Position numbers and translations under genes: made by a program | Shown here: positions 20,741-31,588 of the stretch, in pieces | How positions within the stretch are numbered: the first letter of the stretch is position 1 | Layout of the letters: each line of letters begins with the position of its first letter | The notes under the pieces: generated by a model | Told to the model about the DNA's origin: nothing | Database searches by the model: none | Seen by the model: only the letters and a program-made list of their open reading frames with translations | Source: Opitutales bacterium | Lineage (GTDB): Bacteria; Verrucomicrobiota; Verrucomicrobiia; Opitutales; PNEW01 | Assembly: GCA_965197745.1 (NCBI GenBank) | Contig: CBDANS010000004.1 | Coordinates: 151,401-215,400 of the forward strand | Reading direction: 5' to 3' | DNA length: 64,000 bases

Positions 20741-22555
20741 TCAGTCGATATCGGACTCGATAAACTGCCGATAGAGGTTTGTATAAATACCTTCGATGTT
20801 AAGAATTTCAGAATGAGTGCCGCGTTCGACAATGTGACCATGATCAAGGACCAGGACGAGATCTGCATTGCGGATAGTGCTCAGGCGATGGGCGACTACG
20901 AAACTGGTGCGACCGGCGAACAGGGTAGCCATTGATTCTTGCAGGCGGGACTCTGTTATCATGTCAATTGAACTGGTGGCTTCATCGAGGACGAGAATGC
21001 GTGGGTTGGCGATGAATGCGCGCGCGAAACATATGAGTTGTTGCTGACCGAGGGAGAGACCGGAGCCCTTTTCCGAAACTTTAGTCCTGATACCATCCGA
21101 CATGGCACCGATCAGGTCGAGGCAGTTTAACTGACGAACAGCTTCAATGACTTCATCATCGGTAGCATCCAGTTTTCCCAGGCGGATATTGTCTAACACC
21201 GTTCCGCTAAACATAAAGTTGTTTTGAAGGACAATCCCCATTTTCTGATGTAAGGACTCGCTCTTGATTTTTCTTATCTCCATCCCATCGATTAAAATTT
21301 CTCCCGCTGTGGGCAGGTAGAATTTGCTGATGAGATTGATAATTGAAGTTTTCCCGCCTCCGGTATGGCCAACAAGGGCGATAGTCTGTCCCGGCTCAGC
21401 CTTGAAATTAATGTCATGGAGGACGGGAATTTCAGGTTCATAAGCAAAAGTTACATTTCGAAACTCGACTTCTCCTTTTATCGAGTCGAGACGTTTTGCA
21501 TCGTGCATATCCGACCATTCCGGTTCAGCATCGAGCAGACGAAATACCCTTTCGGCCCCCGCCATCGCAGAGAGAGCGTCAGTAAATCGTAAACCCAGGT
21601 GAGCAATAGGACTGAAAAAAAGATTAGCGAGAAAGAAAAACGAAATTAAATCTGCCACCGGCATATTCCAGTTGGGATTCAAGGCGCCGTAACCTCCGAT
21701 CATGAGGATGGAAGCGATAAAAAACTGGGAATTGAGTTCAAGAAGAGGGATGTAAATAGCGGTGTTCCGGCTGGCTTTAAGATTATAGCTTGAGTGGTCC
21801 TGAACCAGGCGTCTGAAGATGCCGGCGTTGAGGGTTTCGCGAACAAAACCCTGGGTGACACGAATGCCTTTGACAGATTCGACGAGAGAAGCAGTCACCC
21901 GACTGAAGCTTTCCTGCAGTTCGCGCGATGCGATACTTATCTTTTTATGAAAATACTGGTTAATGATCCAGAGGATGGGAGTCATGATAAGGATTACGCA
22001 AAAAAGGACAGCATTGTAATAAGCCATAAAGATACCGGAACAGAGCATTTGGATTAACCCAACGATGGTGACGAATAACACGTTTTGAACACCTACCCGA
22101 AGGGTATCAATGTCGGTAGTCAAACGGCTGATAATACGGCCAAGGCGGGTTTTATTAAAATAACTCATAGGCATACGCATGAGCTGCCTGAAGAGCAGGT
22201 TTCTCAAGTCCTGAACCACAGATTCCCCTAATTCGAGGGCAAGCTTCTGTCGATAAACAAGCGTTATTTGAACAAAAATAGCAAAAACGCCGAAACCGAT
22301 TGCATACTGCAATATTCCGACCGGATCTTTATTAGTAATTGGGCCGTTAATCGTGATCCCCACCATTAACGCCAGGAGTGGAATAAGGGCGCCGCGCAGG
22401 ATGACGAGGAAAAAAAGTATGTTTCGCTTTAGCGCGTAAGGTCGAGTGTAAGTGAAGAGGCGCTTGATTAATTTGAACTCTAAAGGTCGCTGCTCTCTTT
22501 CCCTTGCATGCGATTTTTCAGCTCTCGCAAAGGACAAATCGTGCCTGACGCTCAT
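20741..22555 (-). CDS. ABC exporter half-transporter (TMD+NBD)
   Basis: TM helices; Walker A GHTGGGKT, LSLGQQQ, ILVLDEAT, AHRLST. Confidence 0.93.
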   Translation of the reverse strand: MSVRHDLSFARAEKSHAREREQRPLEFKLIKRLFTYTRPYALKRNILFFLVILRGALIPLLALMVGITINGPITNKDPVGILQYAIGFGVFAIFVQITLVYRQKLALELGESVVQDLRNLLFRQLMRMPMSYFNKTRLGRIISRLTTDIDTLRVGVQNVLFVTIVGLIQMLCSGIFMAYYNAVLFCVILIMTPILWIINQYFHKKISIASRELQESFSRVTASLVESVKGIRVTQGFVRETLNAGIFRRLVQDHSSYNLKASRNTAIYIPLLELNSQFFIASILMIGGYGALNPNWNMPVADLISFFFLANLFFSPIAHLGLRFTDALSAMAGAERVFRLLDAEPEWSDMHDAKRLDSIKGEVEFRNVTFAYEPEIPVLHDINFKAEPGQTIALVGHTGGGKTSIINLISKFYLPTAGEILIDGMEIRKIKSESLHQKMGIVLQNNFMFSGTVLDNIRLGKLDATDDEVIEAVRQLNCLDLIGAMSDGIRTKVSEKGSGLSLGQQQLICFARAFIANPRILVLDEATSSIDMITESRLQESMATLFAGRTSFVVAHRLSTIRNADLVLVLDHGHIVERGTHSEILNIEGIYTNLYRQFIESDID

Positions 22556-24438
22556 AATACCCCCTCTTGTTTTCCCCGTCCTGCTTTTAACAGTTTCATG
22601 CTCGCTGGATCTATAGCCTGAATATTTATGGCCTGACTATAGGTTCCTTTTTGGCGCATAAGTTCATCATGCTTCCCCATCTCAACAATACTTCCATTAT
22701 CAAGGACAATAATACGGTCGGCTCGGCGCAGGGTACTGAGACGATGGGCGACAATAAAGGTGGTTCGGCCTTGAATCGCATTCTCGATGGCTTCAAGTAT
22801 TTCATGCTCGGTTTCCGGATCGACAGCTGCGGTTGGATCATCGAGCAATAAAATGGTAGGTTCCAAGAGTAGTGCGCGGGCAATGGCCAATCGCTGTCGC
22901 TGGCCTCCGGAAAGATTAACTCCACTTTCACTGATAATACTATCATAACCATCGGGCATTTCTTCTATAAATTCGTGGGCGGCAGCTATCGTTGCCGCCT
23001 TTACGATTTGTTCGCGTGTCGCATCGGGATAACCAAAAGCAATGTTCGAAGCGATGGTATTGCTGAAGAGGAAACTCTCCTGAAAGACGAGGCCGATATT
23101 ATGTCGAATATCTTCCAATCGCAGGTTTCTTAGATCGTGACCGTCAAGAAGAATGCGACCCTCGTTGGGATCGTAAAAACGCGGGATCAAACTCATGAGC
23201 GCGCTTTTTCCAGATCCGGTGACCCCGGCAATGGCAATGACTTCTCCAGGAGCAACCGAAAAATCGACATCATTTAAAACGACATTGGTCTCATGGTATT
23301 TGAAATGAACATGCTCAAAGCGGATAGCACCCCTGGCTTGTTCCAGAGGGTGGGGATTCTCGGGCTGTGTTACTTCTATCGGGGCATCGAGTATTTCAAA
23401 AACGCGGCGTGCACCGGTTAAACTTTGCTGTATACTATCGACGATCCCGGCGAGATTCGCTATCTGACCGGAAAACTGCTGCAGGAGACCGGCAAAGACG
23501 ACGATGCCGGTACCGATGGATAATTCACCGTTCACGACAAGATAGCCCCCATAGCCTAGAAGAATTACCAGATTGAACTGGGTGAGTAATCCAACGAAAG
23601 GAGTGAAGATGGTGACATTATTGAATATCTTCTGTCTTTGTTTACGAACACTTGCAGTGGTCCGCTCAAATTTTTCGATACTGTCTTCTTCAAGGTTAAA
23701 TCCTTTAATCGTATTTATCCCTTGATTGTGTTCGACAAAGGTCATTACCAGATCATCCATGAGGATGCGGTTTTCCATGTAAAGAGGACGGGTCTTTTTA
23801 GAAAATATTGCCGAGATCACCCAGAGCAGAGGTGTTGTTGCCAGGCATGCGAAGGTGAGGGGAACATGGATATTGAGCATGTAGACAAGGTAAACAACGA
23901 GGGAGAGGAGCATAATGAAACTCTGGATAAAAACCCCTTCCATAAACCTGCGCAAAGCACCGACATCACTGGCTACACGATTGATGATCGTTCCGCTGGC
24001 ATTAGCGTCAAAAAAACGAAAGCTGAGCTTTTGCATTTTTTCGAAAACCAACGCTCGCAAGGTGGCTACGATGTCAACATAGATCAGTTTGGACATCGAC
24101 ATGGTATAGAGATAATTTAAGCATGAGCGAAAGAGGGCGAAACCGAGAATAATAGAAGCGATCGCCACAATTACGGACAATGGCGCGAGCTCAGCGGGTG
24201 GCTCGAGCCCAAAGGGCCAGTGAGGTGGATCCGTATCAGGCACAACCTGGTAACGGAGATAATCAATGCCTAATCCCGTGAGTCCCAATCCGCTCAGACC
24301 CATGAATAGCATGATCAGCTGGTAGCTCAGGACTTGAATACAACGTAATTTGTATTGCCAGCTAAACTTTAAGAGCCGAACGGTTAATGCCCAATTCGAT
24401 ATATCGTTTACTGCCGTGGTTTGTTCAGTTGCGTTCAT
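22552..24438 (-). CDS. ABC exporter half-transporter (TMD+NBD), heterodimer partner
   Basis: GVTGSGKS, LSGGQRQR, degenerate Walker B LLLDD; overlaps its partner by 4 nt. Confidence 0.93.
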   Translation of the reverse strand: MNATEQTTAVNDISNWALTVRLLKFSWQYKLRCIQVLSYQLIMLFMGLSGLGLTGLGIDYLRYQVVPDTDPPHWPFGLEPPAELAPLSVIVAIASIILGFALFRSCLNYLYTMSMSKLIYVDIVATLRALVFEKMQKLSFRFFDANASGTIINRVASDVGALRRFMEGVFIQSFIMLLSLVVYLVYMLNIHVPLTFACLATTPLLWVISAIFSKKTRPLYMENRILMDDLVMTFVEHNQGINTIKGFNLEEDSIEKFERTTASVRKQRQKIFNNVTIFTPFVGLLTQFNLVILLGYGGYLVVNGELSIGTGIVVFAGLLQQFSGQIANLAGIVDSIQQSLTGARRVFEILDAPIEVTQPENPHPLEQARGAIRFEHVHFKYHETNVVLNDVDFSVAPGEVIAIAGVTGSGKSALMSLIPRFYDPNEGRILLDGHDLRNLRLEDIRHNIGLVFQESFLFSNTIASNIAFGYPDATREQIVKAATIAAAHEFIEEMPDGYDSIISESGVNLSGGQRQRLAIARALLLEPTILLLDDPTAAVDPETEHEILEAIENAIQGRTTFIVAHRLSTLRRADRIIVLDNGSIVEMGKHDELMRQKGTYSQAINIQAIDPASMKLLKAGRGKQEGVL

Positions 24439-24626
24439 GAAGACGGGTAGTGATTAAACTATACCCGTGTATGGTTTTGGGTAGAGAAAATATATATTAG
24501 GTGGTCGTCTGATAAGTCGAGATAAAGACACGTCTGTTATGAATTCCCCGCCACGACCTAGAATCATCGATGTATAAAATGCAATCACCCACAACCGAAA
24601 GGTCAGAATTTATGATGCAATTTTTA

Positions 24627-25952
24627 TCAAACCATCATTAGGGCGGGAGTTTCGAGGATGTCTTTGAGCGACGATAAATACTGTGCCCCGACTGATCCGT
24701 CAACCACGCGGTGGTCTCCACTGAAGCCAATAGTCATGTACTGGCCAATAGAAATATTATCTTTTTCATCAACGACAGGTTTTTTAGCAATGGTGCCGAC
24801 ACTGAGAATAGCTGCGTTAGGGGGATTAATGATGGCGTGGAAACTGGTGATACCATACATGCCAAGATTGGTCACCGTAAATGTGCTCCCCGTCATATCA
24901 CCAGGGCTGAGTTTTTTATTTTTGGCTTTCAAGACGAGCGCTTTAACTTCGGAACTGATTTGACTTATACTCTTAAGGTGGGCGTCCCGAACAACGGGAG
25001 TGACAAGGCCGTCTTCCACGGTAATGGCCACGGCGAGATGAACCCCACCATGTTGCTTAATGGTCTTTACCATCCATGAGACGTTGACCTCCGGCACCTG
25101 CTGCAGGGTTTTAGCGCTGGCTTTGAGAATGAAGTCATTAATGGTAAGTTTTATGCCTCCTGTTTCAGGGGACATTGCGGCAAGTCCTTTATTGAGGGAA
25201 GCGCGCATCTCGAGAAGAGGCGCGGCATTTATCTCTATCTCCAGATAATAGTGAGGTATCGTAATCTTGGATTCGAGGAGACGTTTAGCGATGACGCTCC
25301 GCATATTTGAGATGGGAATGCTTTTCTCTAAGGCGTTCGGTGTCTCTCGAGAGGTCTCGGGAAGGGAGGAACTCGCAGCCGCAGGCGGTAAAATCCCTCT
25401 TCCTTCTGCCGCTAAAATATCAGCTTTTAAGATCCGGCCATCGGGTCCGGTTCCCACTATGGCTTCAAGGGAAATACCTTTATCAGCAGCAATTTTTCGC
25501 GCCAGGGGAGAAGCTTTTATCCGGTCACCACTCGTATCTTTTATGGGTGGATGAGAGGGTGGGGAATCAGGTTGCGATGTCTTTTCCAATTCTTTGACCG
25601 CTTGTTTTTCAAGCGTGGGGTCTCTCAACTCATCGACGGCATCGGGTTTTATTGCATCCTTTGCTGAGGCGCTGACCTTGGAAATTTTATCGGGTAATGG
25701 AGGTGGATTTTCTCCTTCTTCACCAATCGCACAGATCGGGGCGCCGATTTCCACTTCTTCACTTTCACTTACATATTGGACCAGGAGAATGCCATGAGTG
25801 AAAGTTTCCAGTTCCATCGTGGCTTTGTCCGTTTCGATCTCGGCAATCAATTCACCTTCATGGATTTTGTCTCCTGTTTTTTTCAACCATTTAACCAATG
25901 TACCCACGGTCTGGGTATCACTGAGTTTCGGCATTTCTATAATCTCAGCCAT
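24627..25952 (-). CDS. pdhC: Pyruvate dehydrogenase E2, dihydrolipoamide acetyltransferase
   Basis: Lipoyl ETDKAT, E3-binding ASPLARKIA..GTGPDGRI, DHRVVDG. Confidence 0.95.
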   Translation of the reverse strand: MAEIIEMPKLSDTQTVGTLVKWLKKTGDKIHEGELIAEIETDKATMELETFTHGILLVQYVSESEEVEIGAPICAIGEEGENPPPLPDKISKVSASAKDAIKPDAVDELRDPTLEKQAVKELEKTSQPDSPPSHPPIKDTSGDRIKASPLARKIAADKGISLEAIVGTGPDGRILKADILAAEGRGILPPAAASSSLPETSRETPNALEKSIPISNMRSVIAKRLLESKITIPHYYLEIEINAAPLLEMRASLNKGLAAMSPETGGIKLTINDFILKASAKTLQQVPEVNVSWMVKTIKQHGGVHLAVAITVEDGLVTPVVRDAHLKSISQISSEVKALVLKAKNKKLSPGDMTGSTFTVTNLGMYGITSFHAIINPPNAAILSVGTIAKKPVVDEKDNISIGQYMTIGFSGDHRVVDGSVGAQYLSSLKDILETPALMMV

Positions 25953-26096
25953 ATCAGGTAAACGACGAAGGAGGGATAATCAAATTAAGGGGCCAGAAAT
26001 CTCTTATTGCCAGTGAATTTATTCAAATTGGAAGATAAAATTGGGACAAACTATTCTCCGGGCGGGTAGGGGTTTTATCTTGGGTTAAAATAAGAA

Positions 26097-27071
26097 TTAC
26101 AAAATACTCAAAGCCGTTTGCACCACACGTTGTGGATAGGGGATCTGTTCTTTCTCCAAAGCGGGGCTGTATATCTGAGGAGCATCAATCGCGGAGACAC
26201 GCTTTATCGGAGCATCGAGAGAATCAAATACTTTATCCTGGATGATATAGGCGATTTGAGCGTCGGTCCCGCAATAAGGTTTGTTTTCTTCAACAAGGAC
26301 TACACGATTAGTCTTCTTCACCGAGTTGCATATCATCTCTTCATCAAGCGGACGTAGACTGCGGAGATCTAAAACCTCGGCACTGATCTCATATTCAGCT
26401 TCCAATATCTCCGCGGCTTTCAAGCAAGTATAGACCGCGTGACCGTGAGCGATGAGGGAGATGTCCGTTCCTTCCTTTTTAATATCCGCCTTGCCGAGGG
26501 GGATAAGGTATTCCTCATCCGGCACCTCGCATGTCATCCCATAGAGGAGGGTATTTTCCATGACACAGACGGGGTCATTGTCTCGGATCGCCGTTTTGAG
26601 AAGGCCTTTAGCGTCATAAGCGGTGGTGGGACTGACGACTTTTAATCCGGGTGTCGCCGCGGCAAAATTTTCCGGTGTATGCGAATGGGTCGCGCCCACA
26701 CCGGTCCCTCCGTTTGCCGGACCACGGATGACAAGAGGAATATTGAGTAATCCCCCGGACATATATCGTATATTAGCGGCATTATTAAAAACCTGATCAA
26801 AGGCGACATAGACGAAACTCCAAAACATGAATTCAATGACGGGACGAAGCCCCATCATGGCTGCACCGATTCCCAATCCTGTAAACCCAGACTCACTAAT
26901 AGGGGTGTCAATCACTCGGGTGGAGCCAAATTTATCGAGCAAGCCTTTAGTAACTTTATAGGCGCCATTGTATTCGGATACCTCTTCTCCCATGATGAAA
27001 ACGCGGTCATCTCGCTCCATCTCTTCGGCTAAGGCATCATTAAGGGCTTCGCGGTAATGAATAACGGGCAT
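26097..27071 (-). CDS. pdhB: Pyruvate dehydrogenase E1 beta
   Basis: GEEV..YNGAYKVT, DTPISE, GLRPVIEFM, DLRSLRPLD. Confidence 0.95.
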   Translation of the reverse strand: MPVIHYREALNDALAEEMERDDRVFIMGEEVSEYNGAYKVTKGLLDKFGSTRVIDTPISESGFTGLGIGAAMMGLRPVIEFMFWSFVYVAFDQVFNNAANIRYMSGGLLNIPLVIRGPANGGTGVGATHSHTPENFAAATPGLKVVSPTTAYDAKGLLKTAIRDNDPVCVMENTLLYGMTCEVPDEEYLIPLGKADIKKEGTDISLIAHGHAVYTCLKAAEILEAEYEISAEVLDLRSLRPLDEEMICNSVKKTNRVVLVEENKPYCGTDAQIAYIIQDKVFDSLDAPIKRVSAIDAPQIYSPALEKEQIPYPQRVVQTALSIL

Positions 27072-27124
27072 GGCTTATACAGGGATCAAAGTGATCATGA
27101 TAATTGATTCTTTCTGGGGGACTA

Positions 27125-28207
27125 TTACTCAAAGAATATAGTACCCTGCGACGTCTTGCTTTCAGGATGGTCCTCTTCCCAATAGACGTCACGCGTCAGT
27201 TCTTCAGTGGGTGGATTAGGGCTTTCATCAGCATATATGGCCGCATCTTCAGCTTCCTTGTGTGCTTCTTCTTCCATTGCTTTAGCCATATTCTCGTCGA
27301 TTACAGCTTCTTTCTCCAGCTGATGATAAAATAAGGTAATAGGGTCTTTTGTTTTACGATATTCTTCGATTTCTTCTTTTGATCGATAACTTAAACCTGT
27401 ATCTGAGACTGAGTGACCGCGGTAACGGTAGGTATCCATCTCCAACAGGGTGGGGCGGCTTTCTTCACGTGCGCGTTTCATGGCCATAAAGGTTTTCACG
27501 CGAACCTCGTAAAGGTTATTGCCGTTACAGGTATCCCATGCCATGTCGACGGTTTCAGCACGCTTGGCCAGTGGCATGCCAATGGAGTGACGTTCTACAC
27601 TCGTGCCCATCGAATATCGGTTGTTTTCTATGATATAGACAACGGGGAGATCCCATAGTGAGGCGAGATTGAGAGATTCGTAAAAGGGTCCCTGATTAGT
27701 TGCACCATCACCCAAAAAGCATAGACAGCATCCTTTTTTATTTTCATATTTCAGAGCGAAAGCGATACCAGCGCCGAGGGGGACTTGCCCGGCAACAATA
27801 CCATGGCCACCCCAGTAATTTTTATCGGGAGCGAAAAAATGCATGGATCCGCCTTTGCCTTTCGAACATCCGGTGTATTTTCCATATAGCTCAGCCATAC
27901 ATTCATTCATGCTCATACCTAAGGTCAGGGCGTAGCCATGATCGCGATAGGCAGTGATCAGGTGGTCTTCCCTATCCATGACCGATTTAACGCCCACGGC
28001 TATGGCTTCCTGCCCGGAGTAGAGATGAAGAAATCCTGCGATTTTACCCTGTTGATAAGAATGAAGTGAGCGGTCTTCGAAATGACGTATACGCAACATC
28101 TGGCGGTAAAACGCTGCTTTTTCTTCAGCGGTCAGCCGGGCATTGATAGCATCGCTCGCGAAACGGCATACACCGGATTCATCCAGCGATTCTGTCGTAT
28201 TTTCCAT
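27125..28207 (-). CDS. pdhA: Pyruvate dehydrogenase E1 alpha
   Basis: GFLHLYSGQEA, GKGGSMH, TPP motif GDGA..N, TYRYRGHS. Confidence 0.95.
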   Translation of the reverse strand: MENTTESLDESGVCRFASDAINARLTAEEKAAFYRQMLRIRHFEDRSLHSYQQGKIAGFLHLYSGQEAIAVGVKSVMDREDHLITAYRDHGYALTLGMSMNECMAELYGKYTGCSKGKGGSMHFFAPDKNYWGGHGIVAGQVPLGAGIAFALKYENKKGCCLCFLGDGATNQGPFYESLNLASLWDLPVVYIIENNRYSMGTSVERHSIGMPLAKRAETVDMAWDTCNGNNLYEVRVKTFMAMKRAREESRPTLLEMDTYRYRGHSVSDTGLSYRSKEEIEEYRKTKDPITLFYHQLEKEAVIDENMAKAMEEEAHKEAEDAAIYADESPNPPTEELTRDVYWEEDHPESKTSQGTIFFE

Positions 28208-28269
28208 AATATTTTCGTTACTCTATCCTCAACGGGTACAATGAGGAGTGAAATTAGAAGATGAGAATT

Positions 28270-28293
28270 AAAAAGGCATACATCGCCTTTTTT
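28270..28293. terminator. Possible bidirectional intrinsic terminator
   Basis: AAAAAGGC-atacatc-GCCTTTTTT just downstream of the NUDIX gene; the GC stem is short. Confidence 0.35.
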
Positions 28294-28316
28294 GCAAGAG
28301 ACAGATAATGGACTAT

Positions 28317-28814
28317 CTATTGCAATTCTTCAATGATTATTTCCAATTTCTTTCCGGGAATACAATCTGCTCTCATTGCTACAAATCGTTGTCTGTAATG
28401 AAAATAGATATCCCATAAACTGTCACGATCCGTTTCCGGGATGGGGATTTCCTTAATTTTTTCCGGTTCAAAAAAAGCGAATATCCCCTCCTCAATGGTA
28501 TCGGGCAAGTCCTGAATCGGACGAAGACAATCAAAGAGAAACATCAGCCAATGACCTGTCCCTTCGTAGCTTTTCTCGCTGATGATGGCAAAGAGATGAA
28601 GGTCTTTTTCGCTGATCTCAAGTTTTATTTCCTCGTGAGCCTCGCGGATAGCACATTCGAATGGACTTTCCCCCAGATCCATATTGAGCTTGCCGCCGAT
28701 GGGGCTCCACAATCCCTGATTAGGCATTTTGTTGCGCTGTATTAAAAGCAACTGGCCCACATGATTGCGGACAAAGATGAGTGTGCTGATGCGAAAGGGA
28801 AGGTTACTGGCCAT
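28317..28814 (-). CDS. NUDIX hydrolase (MutT-like)
   Basis: GGKL...GESPFECAIREAHEEI Nudix box. Confidence 0.88.
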   Translation of the reverse strand: MASNLPFRISTLIFVRNHVGQLLLIQRNKMPNQGLWSPIGGKLNMDLGESPFECAIREAHEEIKLEISEKDLHLFAIISEKSYEGTGHWLMFLFDCLRPIQDLPDTIEEGIFAFFEPEKIKEIPIPETDRDSLWDIYFHYRQRFVAMRADCIPGKKLEIIIEELQ

Positions 28815-28869
28815 TTCGTCCTTGCTCTACAACAAGGATAGGGATGGAGAGCAAGAACTTTTCACTTCT

Positions 28870-30240
28870 TTAACCACTCCTTTCCAGAAAATGAGTTTTC
28901 CCCTCAACGGCGTACTTCATGGAGGCCTGCATGATAGTGTCGAGTCCGAAGCGGTTGTTAATCTTATCCATGGCAAAATACATCCGAGCTAATTTCTCGT
29001 CTTCGCGAAAGAAAAGTTCGAGCTGGTTGTTTTCATTCATTTCAACGGTATGGAGTCCGATCCCGCGTATCTTATGCCCTTCTCGAAGGAATCTCGCAAA
29101 TAACGGCTTGGCGATTTCGAGGCAGGCCTTCAGCACATAATCATCCAGGTTTGTCAGCCCTTCGGTCGCAAAGCTAAACGAAATTCCCTCCCAAGTGTTG
29201 TCCTGAAAGCGGATATACCCTCCGTACTTCTCTGCCTTCCGGTTATAGCCCCGCATGCGATAGCACAATTGCCGAACGGCTTTGGCGATTTCTCCCCTCA
29301 GCCTCGGGATCTCGACCGTCCAGTCAGAAAAAGTGTGCATGTAAGTAATCTCCCGAGGAATGTGTTCAGAGGTGTCCATCACCTTCGCGCAATCTTTGCC
29401 GCAGGTTGTTTCAAAAAGTATTTTGCCGAAATAGGCTCCAAAGAGTTTTTGGAATACTCCCGGTCCCCGCTCGACGGCATCCCGGATCGTTTCGACACCC
29501 TCGTTCTTAAGTTTTTTGTAACGCCTATGCCCGATTCCCCAAACCTCATCGAGGGGAAACGGGTAGAGAAATCGGGCAGCCTCCTCTGTGTTCAGGACTA
29601 TCGTCAGGCCATCAGGTTTATGCAGGTCGGAGGCGAGTTTGGCGTAGGTCTTTGAAAAAGAAATCCCCACCGAACAGATCAGTTTTGTTTTGCCGTAGAT
29701 GGCATTTTTTAAACGCATGCCAAAGGCGGCGATTTCCCGACGATCCCGCTCGAGGAGAAAACTTACCTCAAGGAAATACTCGTCCATGGAATAAGCCTCT
29801 ACTTCATAGGCAAAGGTGCTCAGCACGGCATTAATCTCACGGGAAATCGCCTGGTATTTTTCGTAATGGACCTGCAGGGGAACAATGTAGGGACAGATCT
29901 GACCGGCTTCGTAGGCGCTCATCCCTGTTTTAATTCCCAATTTACGCGCTTCATAACTGGAAGTGGCGACAATCCCTCTCATGATCCCATTGCCCTTGCG
30001 CCAACCACCGATAATCAGGGGAATGCCGTAAAGGTTATAGCACTGTTGCTCTACCTGGGCGTAAAAACAGTCCATGTCCATGTGAAGATACAGCCGCTTT
30101 CGCTGATTGCCGGGATGCTGATGAGCGGAGGCAACGGTGTTATAAAGGGTCATCCGGTGGACATTGCGCTTTAAGTCATAGTCGCCGGTGGACTGCCAGG
30201 TATTAAAAAAATTGGCTTTTTTTTGGGTAAATGCTTGCAT
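28870..30240 (-). CDS. dinB: Y-family DNA polymerase (DinB/UmuC-like) with clamp motif and RecA-NT-like tail
   Basis: HMDMDCFYAQVE, ATSSYEAR, YSMDEYF, AKLASD..KPDG, VWGIG; tail QLELF..AMDKINNRFG. Confidence 0.88.
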   Translation of the reverse strand: MQAFTQKKANFFNTWQSTGDYDLKRNVHRMTLYNTVASAHQHPGNQRKRLYLHMDMDCFYAQVEQQCYNLYGIPLIIGGWRKGNGIMRGIVATSSYEARKLGIKTGMSAYEAGQICPYIVPLQVHYEKYQAISREINAVLSTFAYEVEAYSMDEYFLEVSFLLERDRREIAAFGMRLKNAIYGKTKLICSVGISFSKTYAKLASDLHKPDGLTIVLNTEEAARFLYPFPLDEVWGIGHRRYKKLKNEGVETIRDAVERGPGVFQKLFGAYFGKILFETTCGKDCAKVMDTSEHIPREITYMHTFSDWTVEIPRLRGEIAKAVRQLCYRMRGYNRKAEKYGGYIRFQDNTWEGISFSFATEGLTNLDDYVLKACLEIAKPLFARFLREGHKIRGIGLHTVEMNENNQLELFFREDEKLARMYFAMDKINNRFGLDTIMQASMKYAVEGKTHFLERSG

Positions 30241-30242
30241 CG

Positions 30243-30271
30243 TTAATAGATGAACATATGTTCACTATTAA
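30243..30271. promoter_or_regulatory. Palindromic operator, LexA-box-like GAAC-N4-GTTC
   Basis: TTAATAG-A-TGAACATATGTTCA-CTATTAA between the divergent polymerase and small ORF/SRAP genes. Confidence 0.65.
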
Positions 30272-30282
30272 TAAGGTCAAGC

Positions 30283-30573
30283 ATGCACAATACGCAAGTG
30301 AGGAAAATCAATGTCACGGCTTTATTTGCCGCCTTTAAAACCGGTGATATCAAACGGCGTGTCACGCCGTTAAGCTTTACGCTGCCCACGGGGGAAGACC
30401 ATAGAATCACGGCCGTCCGCAGAAGTTATACTGATAAAGTCGGCACCAGCGAGCATCTGCACTTTGTCGTTCAAACGCGGGGTCAACGCTACTTCGACAT
30501 TGTCTTCGACACCAGAAAAATATCCTGGTGGCTGGTCATTGAAATAGAAGATCCGATGATTTTTCATGAATAA
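30283..30573 (+). CDS. Small protein, possible Y-polymerase accessory (DUF6504/ImuB-C-like)
   Basis: About 96 aa, beta-rich, HFVVQT..RYFDIVFD...WWL; neighbours are the polymerase and SRAP. Start 30283 preferred because 30250 overlaps the operator. Confidence 0.55.
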   Translation: MHNTQVRKINVTALFAAFKTGDIKRRVTPLSFTLPTGEDHRITAVRRSYTDKVGTSEHLHFVVQTRGQRYFDIVFDTRKISWWLVIEIEDPMIFHE

Positions 30574-30640
30574 GACAAAGACGATAGCGGACCGAGTTGG
30601 GGCTGGACTTGATCCTGCCGACGACACACAGTAATTTGCC

Positions 30641-31387
30641 ATGTGCGGGCGCTACACCTTAACCGCGAAGAAGGAAGAATTAGTGCGAAAGTTTCTTCTT
30701 ACACAGATAGCGGAAGAACTAATGAAGGATCTCAAGCCCCGTTACAACATTGCACCGAGTCAAACAACACTGGCCGTAAGACAGTCGCCTGAGCATGGGG
30801 AGAAAGAAATCGGGGCGTTTACCTGGGGGCTTGTTCCCTTCTGGGCCAAGGATCCAAAAATCGGCTACAAAATGATTAACGCCCGTTCCGAAACAGCGGC
30901 GGAAAAACCGGCCTTCCGTGCGGCGATGAAATCCCGGCGCTGCCTCATCCCGGTGAGCGGTTTCTATGAGTGGCAGCGACAGGAGAAGAGCAGGCATAAA
31001 CAGCCCTATTATTTTTCGACAGCTTCGGGAGATCTTTTTGCCATGGCCGGACTATGGGAGTACTGGAAAAGCCCGGAGGGATCGGTCATTGTCTCGTGTA
31101 GTATTCTTACTACTTCGGCAAATGAAATAATGGAACCGGTCCACCATCGCATGCCCGTTATTATTGGCGAGGAGAACTATGATTGCTGGCTCGACCCTGA
31201 AGAAAAAAATCCGGAAAAACTGAAGTCACTGTTTAAACCTTTCCCCGGTAAACATATGACTTGCGTCCCGATCTCTACACTTGTGAACAGTCCGAAAAAC
31301 GATGCTCCCGATCTGTTATTGGAAGTAGATCTTAAAACAGGGGATTTTAAAAATCCACCCCGTGATGACCTTTTCCATGTTCAGTGA
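30641..31387 (+). CDS. SOS response-associated peptidase (SRAP/HMCES/YedK family)
   Basis: MCGRY N-terminus, RYNIAP, WGLVP.W, INARSET, GFYEW, HHRMPVI. Confidence 0.95.
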   Translation: MCGRYTLTAKKEELVRKFLLTQIAEELMKDLKPRYNIAPSQTTLAVRQSPEHGEKEIGAFTWGLVPFWAKDPKIGYKMINARSETAAEKPAFRAAMKSRRCLIPVSGFYEWQRQEKSRHKQPYYFSTASGDLFAMAGLWEYWKSPEGSVIVSCSILTTSANEIMEPVHHRMPVIIGEENYDCWLDPEEKNPEKLKSLFKPFPGKHMTCVPISTLVNSPKNDAPDLLLEVDLKTGDFKNPPRDDLFHVQ

Positions 31388-31588
31388 TACGGAGGTCCGC
31401 TTTTTTTTCTGCCGGGTTTAACAGCTCTGGAGAAGCCCACTGTCGATGAACAGGTTCTGATTGATGAGATTAGCACTGCATCAACTAAGAACTGATCATG
31501 CTCCCGAACTGTTTCAGCTCAATGCCCGGAACATTATGCGTCATCCCACTGGGCTCGACATCCATACCAATCGGGTATAACTTAAAAT

